Below are positions 15,306-30,555 of a DNA stretch of 64,000 nt, piece by piece; the first letter of the stretch is position 1; every line of letters starts with the position of its first letter. The notes below the pieces were generated by a model. It had not been told where the DNA came from. It searched no databases and was given only the letters and a program-made list of their open reading frames with translations. The stretch is from Chrysomallon squamiferum. Lineage: Eukaryota; Animalia; Mollusca. The position numbers were made by a program, and so were the translations under genes. Location: assembly GCA_012295275.1 (NCBI GenBank), contig CM022675.1:8556001-8620000 (forward strand), written 5' to 3'.

Positions 15306-18300
15306 ACAGGGTAAGATAATGAAAGGAGTAAGAGAAAGAAATAGAAAGACAAAAAAGAAAAAATATACTTTGCTGAATGAGAAAAAGAGAGAGAGAATAA
15401 GTTACATACAGAAAGAAAGAGAAAATGATAGAAAAAGTTAGAGAAACAGACTGAAAAAAAGAGAGAATGTGAATAAGATAGAGAAAGATAAAGAATGAAA
15501 GAAAAAGAATGAGAGAATAAATCAGAAAAAGAGAGAACAAGAAACAGTCAGAACAGTTATAAATAAAACGTAACGAATATAAAAATAAAATAAAAAATAC
15601 AATTTCTTTTTCCAATATATATAAAAATGAAACTTAATTATCCATCATAGGAATAAAAAAAATTAATAATAAATTTACTTACCTCATACACAGAAATCAA
15701 TCCACAATATTTTTTAATAACAAAAAGTTATTTTTTTCTGCTATTCAAATCCTTTATAACAGTAATTATATCCTTTTCACCTTTCAAAACATCAGTTAAT
15801 TCAAATTTCTTTCATTATTTTTTATTATTATTTTCTATTATTTTTTATTATTTTTTATTATTATTATTATTATCATGTATGGATCTTCACCTTAAGGAAA
15901 AACATAAAAATATTTGATCCTAATCTGACTAGTGATGCATGTCTAATAGGAAAGGAAATAAAAAACATCAAAAAAAAAAATGACAAACATAATTAACACA
16001 TGTCTCACCCAAAAAATTTAATAAAAATCAAGAAAAAAATCAATGATGACACTGAAGATGTACACAGTGTTGTAGTAGTAGTAGTCGACAGTGTAATAAT
16101 TAGAGAGAATGTTGATTATGAAAAACACATGTTAGCATTACTATTCAGGCTCTGTTGGTCGCAGGCTAGGCCAAGTAACAGTTACTTCTCTGATCTAGCC
16201 TGATGAAATTGTGGACATTACCAAGCATCTTTAGAAAATGTTCTAAACGCATTGACATAAGTGTTGATTAATTATTAATGGATTGACTGGTAATAATGAT
16301 GATGATGATGATGATGACAATGATGATGATTATGATGGTGATGGTAATGAGATAATGATGATGGTGTTTATGATATTTAGAACAAAAGCGTTGTTGTTGT
16401 TAGGGTGTTACCATTATTGTTGCTGCTACTGCAATTATTATTATTGTTGTTGTTGTTGTTGTTGTTGTTATTGATGTTATTGCTGCTGTTGTTATGAACA
16501 GGAATATTATTATACATTATGTCCTCTACTCCATAAAAAATAATTATTATTAGAATATATTTCAAGAAAATAAATAAATAAGAGTGAAAGAAATGATAAA
16601 AATAAGAGAGAATGAAGAAATGGGTGTGACAGAAAATAAAAATGAAAAATGAAAAATGAAAAAAATAAAACACTCATATAATTAACCATACGTCTGTGAA
16701 AAAGAGAGAGACAGACATAAAGAGAAAGTAAGCCAGAGGGAGAGACACAGACAGAGACAAAGACAACAGACAAAGACAGACATAAAGAGAAAGTAAGCAA
16801 CACAGACAGAGACAAAGACAGACACAGACACAGACACAGACACCAGACACAGACAAAAAGAACAAAAATATAAAGAAATACACACACACTCACACAGACA
16901 CTTGTTAAATAAAAAAACAATCAGCAAATCATTCACCAGGCTAGACTGATACTTGCATCGCGTTCAGCGTAACAAGTTCGGTGTGAAGACAGACTCCCTT
17001 TAAATATCTCGCCAAATGTGCCGTGAAATCTGCTAAATGCACCGCGATGACGTGAATGGGTTTGTTAAAGGCACCGACTCAGATTAACTGATCTATTAAA
17101 GGCACCATGTCAAGGAGACATGCATGAACAGCAGAAGGGTTTGTTTCCAAAGAAATCAGTAATTATTTTCAAACGCAGTGGCTGAGAATCAGAGAAAGAA
17201 GGAATAAAAAAAAAAAAAAAGGGAATGTTTAGATCTGTAGGATTGAGGAGGGCGGGTGTTTTATAAAACTGTGTTCTGTGAAAAGTGTTTAGTAATCTAA
17301 GAATGTTTGTTACTGGGGGGGAATGGATAACTGAAGGAGTATGGAATTGTCTGTTGCTTGCTGTAATTGAGGAATTGTCGTAACGGTTTCTAATTCAAGA
17401 CGATGATGCGAAAAACAAGTCTAAATAGTAGCTACAGAGAGAGTCAGATGTACTAAAACCCATCTTAAAGCAAAGTGTGGTATGGCAAGACAGTGCAGAC
17501 AACTGTACCAGGTTACCAAGACCACCATAACTACTTAACCAACTTGCAAAACTTTAATTTGTGCACAGCTATTAATTGATTCAGTAAAGAATTACTGAAT
17601 TTTTTTTTTTTTTTTTACTTTTGATAAGATAACTTAATATATATGTTGTTTGCAAGAGCCAAACATGCAAGTATTGCTACTGAAAATAAATAAATTAATT
17701 TTAACTACTAGAAACTTGAAAAAAAAAGACAGTTAATAAATGTTTCTAACTCAAAAGTAGTACAGAAATGGGACAAAAATGTTCAGGAAATAGCATCTTC
17801 CTGAATAACACAACTGTTCAGAAGAGATAAATTTAATTTAGACATTTATAATTTTAATGATATTTGTCAGCTGACATGCTAATGAAATTGCACTTGAGCA
17901 CACTGTGTTAACTAGATTTATATTTTGCACAGCAATTAAATTACTTTAAAAGATGAAATTAAATTATAATAAAAATAACATCCTTATTAACACATTGGAA
18001 TATTTTTAATACTAAAACCCCATAAAAAAAAAAAAAAAAATGCCCTTTCATCACGTTAATACTTGGTATAGAAATTAAATTAATTTGTTCATCAAATAAA
18101 ATTATAACAAAAATACATTGTTGTATTTTATTAATACACTGCAGTATTTGTAAAACAGAAACTCCATCAAAAAATGCATCCTTTCATTTTATTAATGTTT
18201 GATGCTGTAATTAAATTGCTTTCAAAGTAAAAATTGAGTTTAACAAAAACACACTTGTCACGTTTAAATAATACACATAATATTTTTAAAACTGAAATTT

Positions 18301-19151
18301 CGTTAAATTGCTTCATTTTATTAATGTTTGTTAGGAAGAGTATTTATGTAAAAAAAAAAATACTTTATCAAAAAGATTTTACTTTTAACAGAAAAATTCA
18401 TTGTTTTATTTCAATAAAGTTTGTTTCAAAGAACATCACACAGATTAAATTAGAATTCTGTAAAAGATAGTTTTAAATGTATACACAAGTGAAATTACAT
18501 TCAACAATAAATAAACAAACAAATAAATTAATATTTAAGTAAATAAGTAAATAAATAAATAAGTAAATAAGTAAGTAAGTAAATTAAGTAAATAAGTAAA
18601 TAGAATAATAAATAAATAAAATAAATAAATATTTAAGTAAATAAAAAATAAGTAAATAGAATAATAAAAATAAAATTCAAATAAATAAATAAATAAAATA
18701 AATAAATTTAAATAAATAAATAAATAAAATAAATAAATAAATAAAAATAAAAATGTAAGTAAGTAAGTAAATAAGTAAGTATGTAAATAAATAAAATATA
18801 TAAATAAATAAAAAAAATATTTCTAAAGTATACTAGTATTTTATTCTTGTGCATAACACAACCCTTTCCTAATAATAAAGAATACAGGCTAAACAAAATG
18901 GTTGCAGAGGTACTGAAAAGGCCAGGCTATGTTTAAATAATACAAATGTATTGCACATGTTCTACATAGTGTTTGCCAGTTCCAGAAGCTCCATGGACTC
19001 CATCCAGCTCCAGTTGTTTTACTTACAGGAAAGATAATTAATTAGACAGTGAAACAAATATCTGATACCATTAGTTACAACCTGTTGTTATTTATTTATT
19101 TATTTTTTTTTTATTTATTTATTTATTATTATTTATTATTATTATTATTTA

Positions 19152-19182
<31 letters not shown>

Positions 19183-22100
19183 GTTGTTGTTGTTACTACT
19201 ACTACTACTACTACTACTTTATTAACATTGTTGTTATTTTTGTTATTGGTATTATTTTTACAATTATTATTAATGCTGTTGTTGTTGTTGTTGTTGTTGT
19301 TGTTGGTAGTAGTAGTAGTATTATATCATCATTATTATTATCACTATTGCTATTACTATTATTACTAATATTATTATATTGTTATTATTATTTTTACTAT
19401 TATTGCAATTACTTTTAGGATTGTTATTGTTGCTGTTGTCATTCTTACAACTAAAAGAACATTTCCTTTATAAAACATACACAGGTAAGTTACTGACTAC
19501 AGGTAAAAATCACATATAATCTACTATGATATTTACAAGACATAATTAAACATAGATAAAATATCAATTAAATAAAACAACAACATTACAACTTTAACCA
19601 TTAACAGTAATCAACCATGACATATACAAGTAAATTATTAGTTAAAAATACTGTTTAAAACTTACCTTTACAAAACACACAGTTCAGGTATGTTAACGAG
19701 TACAGGTATAAATCTCACACAGATTGAACAAGACAATACTGACAGAGTGTAAGATATACTTGATAGTACACCGTGTACATATCTGTGTTTTTACATGCTT
19801 CATGTCTTTTTCTTTTGTGTTTCATTTATCTCTAATTGTTTTCGTGTTATGTGTCATTGGTTCTTTTGTGTTTCATGCATTATCATTGGTTCTTTTATGT
19901 GTATCGTGAGTTCTCATTGGTTCTTTTGTGTTAAGTTATTTTAAGGACACTTTGACACAAGTTTAGTCCTGTCTTTTAAAAAAAGAAATTTCAGTTAACA
20001 ACAGAAGCAATTTTTAATGGTGAATTAGGCTGACATTGGTTTTTCCTAGTGTATTTTTAAACTGTGAATTTTCCAAAATTATTTTTTAAAAGTGAATTGT
20101 TTTTAATTCTCTTACTTTGAAATGTTTTGAAAATTTCATTAATGTTCTTTCATCTTCATACTTTTTTTTAGAATTTTATTTACTTTAATTTTGAAATGTT
20201 TTAAATTGTTGCTATTATAGTCTTCCAATTGTTTTAAATATTAAATATTTCACTTTAAATATAAATAACATTTCAAATTTTATATTTTATATTAAAAACT
20301 TTATTAATATAAATTTGCCTTGCTTGTTACTTAAAACTCTTTTAATGGTATTAAAAATCATAATAATAATAATAATTTACAAAAACATTTTTTCAATAAG
20401 TTAAGTTTTCCACAGTATTTTTTTATTATTATTTCATTTTTATTAATTTTTTAATTTTAAATTATTTATTTAAATTTCAAGACTATACTTTTGAAATTGG
20501 GTTCAAATCTAGTCATATTCAAATTTCTTTAATTTCTAAAAGAAAGTATAATTAATATTTAAATGATTCAAATAAACCAACTCATTTTCATAATTATTTA
20601 AATTTTTCTTGACTGCATTTTAAAAAATTTTGAATTTATATATTTCATCTTTAAAATGCTTTGGATACCAAAAATATTATTTTTATTATACCAAGCTTAA
20701 GCATGCTTAAAAAAAAATACAGAAAAATAAATATAATTTTCCTGAATATTTTTATTTCAAGCATCATTTAAATTTTTATTTTATTTTTAACATACATAAA
20801 TCCTTTATCTTGTATTTTAAATTTATTTTAATATTCTTAAAGATGTTCTTTATTTTCTATTTATAATAATAAAATTAAAAATTCCCCAAATTACATTTAT
20901 AAATAATTTAAAATTTAAACAAATGTAAAATTTCCTAAAGTTTCAATCTGTGAACCTTTTAAAACCTTCCTATATTAAATGAACAAAATGAGGCTCTGTC
21001 TGTATGTCTGTCTTTCTGTCTGTCAGTCTATGAATATTCAGGTTTAAGCAAAACTGTTACAGTTTATGGTAAATGAACTTTATTTATTCATTCATCTGGG
21101 ACTAATTTAATTTATCTGGTATCACAGTTTTAGCTAACCATTTATTATTATTATTATTATTATGATTATTATTACTATTATTATTAATCAACTATTTCTA
21201 ATAATACAATATTTCCTTTAAATAATACTAATACTAAATAAATAAATAAATAAATAATTAGTTTAATGATTATGTCAAAGAAAGCAATTATTGTAAGTTA
21301 TCTAAACAGTATTAGAAATAACAGAAGTAGAAGAAGTAGTTGTAGCAATAGTAGCAGTAGTAGTAGTAGTAGTAGTAGTAGTAGTTGTTGTAGTAGTGGT
21401 GAAAGTAGTAGGATTAATATTAGAAATGGTAGCAGTAATAATAGTGGTGATAGGTTTAGCTGTAGAAGTAGTAGTAGTAGTAGTAGTAGCAGCAGCAGCA
21501 GCAGCAATGGGACTGTTAGTGTACGTAATATACAGTAGTGGTGATAACAAAGTAGTAGTAGTTGTAGTAGTAATCGTTGATGTTGTTGCATGAATAGCAA
21601 TAGCAGATATAGTAGTATTGTTTGAGGTTGTAGTAGCTGTAGTAAAAGTTCACGTTACCTGCATCAGGATCATTATAATATCACACACGTAATGCGCGAC
21701 GTCTTCTTTTAACAACGTCATCAACCGTGAAGCCGTTGCTGAACACCTTTTTTTTTTACTTCCCAAACAACAACGCTGTCGACAAATGTCACGGGATTAC
21801 AATAACTAGTCTCTCGACACACATAATATTTTCGTATTTCTTACATAATGTTTTACAAAAGAACTCTCCAAAACTAAAAGTTAAAAAAAACTAAATAAAT
21901 AAATAAAATAAAATAAAATAAAATAAAATAAAATAAATAAATAATAACAATACTAATAATAAATCGTAAAAGATGTATAAAATGTAATTTCTCAATTAGT
22001 TTTACTGATTATTTCGGAAACATAAATTTCTCACAGTGCGCTGTGGTGGAGACACCTGTTGCTGTTAACTAACATTCGTTGTAAACTAGAAGTCTGTATA

Positions 22101-22481
22101 TTAATGAAATTTATCGATAATTACAGATATTGTGCGTCTGCGTATGGCACGGCGATCCTGTCTAAATACGCGGGTTAATGGCGTGGTGGTTGGTAGATAA
22201 CTGTTATATTGTTCACCGCGCTTGTCGATTTATTTTCAGTATCACACTCTACTGGATGGGGAACATTTTAATTCTAAAATAACTATCGTATGATTGATTA
22301 TTCGGTATAAACAATTAAATTCGGAAGGAGAGGTCTTGTATGTATGTTTTTGTCAGTTTTTCCCATTTGTAACTGTACAATAAAATATTGTTTTATATTC
22401 ACATGTGAGTAATAATATGTGAGATAGTGCATTTGGATATGCGTGTATTTGTACTGGTAGATAATAACAATAGTAGTTACA

Positions 22482-22560
<79 letters not shown>

Positions 22561-23986
22561 TATGTCTGTATATCGATCTGTTCATTCATCCAAATAACTT
22601 TCTTTCTATCCATATGACTGCCTGCCTTTTACTGATTATTTGTCAAGATTTTTCGTCTGTCTTTACATCAGTCTATCTATTCACCATCTGCCTGTCAGTC
22701 TGTCTTATTACTTTCACTTACCCCTCTTTTTTTATAAAATTACAAAAAAAAAAAAACAAAAAAAGCAAACAACAACAACAACAACAAACAAAAAAAAGCA
22801 CATGTTGGAATACAATTACCTTTACAAGTTTTCTATTTACAATCGTGTACTTTTTACGCGTATATATTTAACAGCCATTCACTCTGGGCATTATTCAAAA
22901 AGGTTTCTGTTGAACGGAAATAAACGATTCAAACTGACAGTTATCGACCGGGGATCGAAACCTCATAGTTCCAGTGTCGAGTCGAATGGGTGATGTTCGT
23001 GTCAGAGTCGACTTGTAATGGCTTCCACGTTTAGCTAGATTTCTTTCTTCTTTTTTTTTTTTTTTTTTTTTTTTTTCGTTTGCAAATCTCCTCAGCTATT
23101 TCTGTGGTAGTGCTTACGGACATTAAGGTACGTTAATACGGTGCAACGTTTATTAACCATATCTCCTATAGGCTTATTGCCAAAATTCTCTCTGGGGTCA
23201 TTTGTGCGTGTGTCTGTGTGTGTGTGTGTGTATGCGTGTGTGTGTTGTTAATATCTGTATCAGAGAAATAGAGAAAGACAAAGCCGAAAGAGAAGAGGTA
23301 AAGCAGTTTTTATAATTAGACATACGTATTCACACGCGCACATACATACATATATACACGCACACACACCTATATACATACACATATATTTATACATATA
23401 TATATATATATACATATATACGTATATATATATATATATATATACATACGTATATATATATATATATACATACATACAAATACACACACACAGTGAGAAC
23501 TGTAAATACTAACGCTGCCTGACATCTGTTGGCTGGAATATTCGTTAATTAAATGTTATTTTTAAGTGTGTATGTTTGTGTGTATGTTTTGTGTGCGTGT
23601 TAACATTCTAGAAAACTCGGATTTGACTGATCGGCCCCTCCCTCCTCCCTCTACCCCTCCACCACCCCGCACCCCGCACCCCGCTAGAAAAATAACACTG
23701 GATCAGACTCTGCTGTATCATGGATCTCAGTTTTATTCCTTCCTGTGTTACGAGTACCCAGTGTGATAATTTGTTGAATTACGAGCTCCGTGATAAATTC
23801 GAGTTATATTTCGAACGCTCGAGAAATCAGACACAGCTCAGTGCGGCTTGACTACGAAGAAGCACGTTTTTAATTTAACAAACATGTTGACTGCTTCTGT
23901 TTAATTACAGAAGCGTATTAAATATCAGAAGTTACCATACAGGTGCGATACTTACAGATAAGAAAAACATGGGGGGGAGAGAGAGA

Positions 23987-24125
<139 letters not shown>

Positions 24126-24450
24126 GGAGAGAGAGAGAGAGATAAAGAAAAGTGAAGAAAAAGAAAGAAGCAGAGAAATGAGACAAAGAGAATAAAGAAA
24201 GAAGAGAATATGAAGAGAGACACGGAGAGTACAAGAAAAAAAGAAAAAAAAAGAGAGAAACAAAAAGAGAGAGATAGAAAAAGAGAAATATTACAATATT
24301 TACCATAGAGAGTGAGGGATACAAAGAAACAAAGAAAATTATAACGGGAAAGAATGAAAGAAAAAAAGAAAATAAGGAAAAGAAAGAACAAGCGAGAAAA
24401 AGGGAGAGAAGAATATAGAAACAGAACAATGAAGGGAAGAAAGATAAAAC

Positions 24451-24534
<84 letters not shown>

Positions 24535-25186
24535 TAACATTTTTACAGAAAGAGCGAGAGATACCGAAAAATAAATAAACAAAGAAGGAAAGGAAAGGAA
24601 AAAAAAAAAAAAAAAAAAAACTATATAAAAGAGCAGAGAATTAACAAAACAATGAAAGAAAAATATCAAGAAGACAGACTGTGTATATCCGTTTACACCG
24701 ACAGTTTCTGTATCAGGTAACGTAACACCGGTAACGTAATCTTTGCATTTATTTTCAAAACCGAATTAACATAAACGTATTTTCAGTACGTCAGAAATCG
24801 CCTTACATTCCAAACGATAATAATGATTAACGTTTTAACGGCGTTGTTTGTCCGCCGTTTTTATTTGCACACAACGATTAAAACTGTTTGTGTTTACGCA
24901 CACATATGCAATAACCAGATACGCCAACAACAACAGGCAAGGAGAGCATCTGGTATGCTGAACCAATAAATGATATCTAAATTACTTATATCTAGACATT
25001 TCGGTTAATACGGAATGTATGTAACGCACAGAGAGAATATCAATACGCGAGGCGCGGGCCCAGAATATTTGTGTTCGAAAGGATCTGAATTCTATTACTT
25101 AATGTACATCAGTTAGGTTTTTGCGTATTATAAAACTCTAGCTGATTAAATAACTATAACAATATTCATAATACGTAGAGAGAGAG

Positions 25187-25310
<124 letters not shown>

Positions 25311-25389
25311 GTTCTTTTCATTCTTTATTTCTCTTACAACTATATATATACACGTGTGTATGTGGGTATGTACGTGTATGGGTGTGTAC

Positions 25390-25435
<46 letters not shown>

Positions 25436-26388
25436 TGACACATACCTACACAGATCTGCACACACGTGTATATATATATATACATATATACAAATATCTA
25501 AATAAATATATAACAAAATATGCAAGAATGGTCACGCAAATATCAATACAAACATGCACGCGCACGCAAACACACAAACAAATAACCCACCTTTTCTCCT
25601 ATCAGGTCCCAGTATTTTTATAAAGGGTCTCAGGTTTGTCAGGACAACTTTGTGAAAACTGCTGGAACTGCCCTTGTATCATATACACAGTAAAATTTCA
25701 TTCGACAAAGCATATTTAAATATTAAAAGGTGACATGTTTCAATACAAAGTCACCATCTGTATTGTAGAATACATAGATGAATATTAACGAGCGGGCGGG
25801 CGGGGGACGGGCGGGCGTTGGGGCGGGTGACTTTCTTATCTATCAACAATCTTTGCACACATGTGTAATATATTGTATATTCTTTAATACATTACTTCAT
25901 TTATAAAAAACACAAAAAGAAATTTAGTATATACAAATGCGTACATACCTATATGTATGTATACATATATATACCGCCATATCTATTCTTTTGTATATGC
26001 ATACATACATACATACTCACATATACAAAGATATACATCAACAGATATAGAGACATACAAAACACGAAGCGCGCGCGCGCACGCACGCTAACACAAACAC
26101 ATAACAAACACATGCATATAAACTGACATATATTTTTTCCTTCTTTTTTTTTCATTCGTTCAAATATTCTTCTTAAATTTGTAGTGGTTTTTTTATTTTT
26201 TTATTTTAATTTTTTTATTTTATTTTGCCATTCTGACGGAGTTTGTCGAATAATTAATTAAATCCTCTTCGCAGTTTTCATTGGACCAATTCCCGATCCA
26301 CCCATTGCTCGTCTATGGAATAGGTATTGTAAAAAAGCCAAAAAAAACAACCATGTAAACATAGTGTATGAAGGCGCTTCAGCCTGGA

Positions 26389-26482
<94 letters not shown>

Positions 26483-26793
26483 AGACAGACAACGTTCAAT
26501 TAATGTACCTGGCGAATGCAAATGCTATTTGCAGCAATTAAAATTCTAGACATACAAATACGACAATAGTAAAACATTATCAATGTCGTTACATCAAGTA
26601 AATTGTTTCATTGTTATCTGCGACACGTACGTTTCATCTGGGGAAGGTATAAACAGACGTATTAATTCAATGTACTACGTCACACCCGACTGTCTCCATG
26701 GCAATTAGTCTCGGAAATTACATACAGAAATATGTCTGGATAAATAGAAAAGTTTACTTTAGAATGTGCACGGTTAGAGGGAAAAACACCGAA

Positions 26794-26924
<131 letters not shown>

Positions 26925-27039
26925 TACATTTTTTTTTTTTTTTTTGTTTTTTTTAGATTTGTTTGGAATGGAAAATTCTTGCAATGCATGGCACAACCAG
27001 GTTCTAAACTTAGTGCAAACAAGAACATGAAAAAAAAAA

Positions 27040-27071
<32 letters not shown>

Positions 27072-28121
27072 TTTAAAATTTCATTTTACCTTTTTATTTT
27101 GTGTTTAAAATGAAAACACAATTTTTATCATTCAAAAAAAAAAAAAATAATAATAATAATAATAATAATTTCAAAAAAAAAAAAATTGTCATATAAACCT
27201 ATAAATCTTAAAATATTTTGATTTTAAACATAAAATGAAAACGAAACAAAGCAATGTGGGATATGGATGAAGCGACTACAACAGTCTCTTTTGTTTATGA
27301 TTCAATGCAGCAAAACCTATTACTTTATTATAGTCCACATTGGTAGCCAATTCTCTTACAGAGAAAAGGAAGATAACACAGACAAAGCACACTTGCCCAT
27401 TACTGAATAGACATAACAAAATAATGATCGAATAAAGTATATATGATGATACAAAGAAAGTCTAAATTAATTCTTCATACTTTTAAGTTATTTCATTTGT
27501 TTCGTGCCGTCAGATATTAATAAATAGTGACGTGTAACAACAAGAGCAGAGTTAAAAAATATTTGTGCGCTGCCATTTTTCTATTACGTCATGACGTCAT
27601 TGCGTACATGCCAGACCGATTTATTCTAAAGTATATTTTGGCATGATAATAAATAAATAAATAAATAAATAAATATCAATCGGCCTTGTAAGAGATGACG
27701 TCATAGTACAGTTGTGAAAGGGCAAAATGTTTCTTTCAGGCGTTTTGTAAAAGTATTACTTTGTTTTCATACTTTGTTCTTAACTTTAACAGGTTGCCCC
27801 AAAACATTAAAATAATATATTAAATGTATAAAGAATTTTTGAAAAAACATTTATTAGTATCGTCACTGTTACACTTTAATGATTCTAATTTTAATTATTT
27901 ATTTATTTATTTAAACCACTAATGACCCTCGATTTAAGGGATCCTCGGCCAAATCTGGGTGGAAAAAAAAAAAAAATGAACTCACCGCCATTTGAGTAGT
28001 TAAGTTATTATGAGGGTCACTATACAAAGAGGGCAATCCTGTCTCGATCCACTTTTCAACAACGTCAATAGTATTTATTTATTTTGATTGTTTTTTTTAT
28101 TTATTTATTCCCTTTATTATT

Positions 28122-28192
<71 letters not shown>

Positions 28193-28958
28193 AATTCGAG
28201 AAGAATTCGAGAAACGCATATAACTAACGAGTTTAATTTGAAATGAAAAATACAGGCAAGAAGAAAACACGTGGGGGGGAATCGTCTCGTGGTTGACAGC
28301 CCTGGATTAAAGTTTAGAAGACAACAAATGGGTTCAGTAAAAATTTCGACTTCTGGTAAAATTTTGTTAGATACAATAAAACGGTGCTTCTTAGATTATT
28401 ACGTCATGTTAAATTAATCACTGCAAAGTGTATCCCACGTGACAATTGAGACGTCGCGTTCTTTCTCCAATGATAATGATGCGTAGTGACATTGCGATGG
28501 AGCTAGAAACGAATTAGTTTCGTAGAAAAAAATAAAAAAATAGGCGCGTAGAAAAATCAATGATTTTTTATTTTCCTTTATCGTAAACTCTTTGAAAGCA
28601 CGACTTTTCTGACATTTCAGTTAATGACAACTGTTTAACCGGTTACGATAACTGAAAATAAATTTTTCTAGAAATATATTTTTTTAAATAATAAAGAAAA
28701 AAGTTGGTGGTTTTTGTGGGGTTTTTTGGTCTGTTTTGTTGCCGTTATTTTATTTTATTATTATTATTATTTTTTTTTAAATATCAAAATGTAGAGATTA
28801 TAATAAAATAACAGAAGTAAAAGAAAAAAATTAAAATAAATAAATACATAGTGAAAGTTTTGCACGAAAGAGTTATCTTTCCTTCTAATGTTCGAAAGAA
28901 TGTTTGTGAAAACTAAATAAATCTACAAAAATAAAATCAGTCAATCAATCAATCAATC

Positions 28959-29002
<44 letters not shown>

Positions 29003-29086
29003 CTACATCATGTAGTATCGAGGTTTAATAACATTTGTGGTCATTAGCCTTCCCTTGTGATAATAATAAAAGTTGCTGTAACAATA

Positions 29087-29122
<36 letters not shown>

Positions 29123-29418
29123 GCACAGACATATATATAAGAAGAATATAACAGCCATTTTGAATGATAGTAAAAATTATATTAGTATACAGATCTAGAA
29201 CTTTTTATTTAAATAACGATTTTATTTTTTCTAAAAATAAAAAATAAAAATAAATAAATAAAAGTAATAAATAAAATAATATAGCAATAAAATAATGTTT
29301 GATATCATTAATAAATTATTAATGTGTAGATCTAGAAATATTTACTTAAGAGAGCGTTTTTATTTTATTTTTTATATAGAGTAACAAGTAAATAGACATA
29401 TAAACAAATAAATAAATA

Positions 29419-29470
<52 letters not shown>

Positions 29471-29614
29471 GGCGTTTGTAACAATATCATCAAAATTAGT
29501 AGTAGTAGTAGATAAATATATGACCAGTTTAACAGCGCTTTAATGGGGAATAACCTATCAGTCAAATTAAGACTCGATTATCTCCCCAAATAAATCTCCA
29601 CATAAGAAAAACAG

Positions 29615-29640
29615 CATTCAGTGTCACTTCCGTTAGTACA
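29615..29640 (+). promoter_or_regulatory. ETS-type motif (CACTTCCG) ~90 nt upstream of the GATAD1 ATG; probable core promoter
   Basis: gtgtcacttccgtt; such motifs are common at housekeeping-gene TSSs (inference). Confidence 0.4.
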
Positions 29641-29716
29641 ATAAATTATTCTTTTTGTATGTTGTCTTTTACAAAAAATTATAATATAGTATTGCACTGC
29701 TTGTTAAATACGTAAA

Positions 29717-30055
29717 ATGCCTTTGGGATTTAAACCTGTTTGTGCCTCCTGCAATACAACCACTTCTGCGATATGGAGGAAAGGAGAACAGGACACTGTT
29801 CTTTGTAATTCTTGTTCCATTAAAGGAAAAACAAATGGAAATGGCACAAAAGAAGGGAACGGGGTAGATGCTGATGGTCAAAACAACCAGTCAGCTAAAT
29901 CTGCGAATGGAAGTAATGGAAATGGAGGACCAAACATACCAGGACCAATTTTACGAAAAAGTTCCCGAATTCGTCCAAGAAAAAGCCGCTTTCAAGCCGC
30001 TACCAAAACTTTGGCTACGAAAGGAAAGAGTCGAAGAATTATTTTCAAGAAGAGC
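29717..30055 (+). CDS. GATAD1: GATAD1 coding exon 1 (zinc finger, basic region)
   Basis: ATG at 29717, MPLGFKPVCASC...IIFKKS, donor GTATGT at 30056, phase 0. Confidence 0.92.
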
Positions 30056-30519
30056 GTATGTTGTATTATATATATATATAATATATATATATATAATTCT
30101 GTCATTATAAATTTTATTTTGATTCACAATTTCTGTCTTCAACAAATAATTATGATATTTAAATAACATAATGTAAGCAACTGAAAGTAGTTGATGACTA
30201 CGCTTGATGGTAAATTATTAATATAACTATATTATTGGTATATAAATAATATAGTTTATATTTTGCGTGTGTTGTGTGTGTGAATAAATAAAATATATAT
30301 ATATATATATAAATGATATTTAATATTAAATAAACTTCATCACTGTATCAATGTAGATAGGCTTAGCATTAATACATATTAATTAATTATAATATGTATT
30401 TTCTCATTGCTATAGCAACCAGTGAAAGCACCAACTGCAGTCTCAACTGTAGTTACTGGAGAAAGCGTCTTTCATGATGTAAGTATTCTTAATTTTATAA
30501 AACTATACTTAAGTAAATT

Positions 30520-30555
<36 letters not shown>

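Noticed and set aside
19027-19081. Minus-strand mini-exon ending at a GTAAGT donor
   Set aside because: The upstream acceptor has a purine-rich tract and no recognisable peptide.
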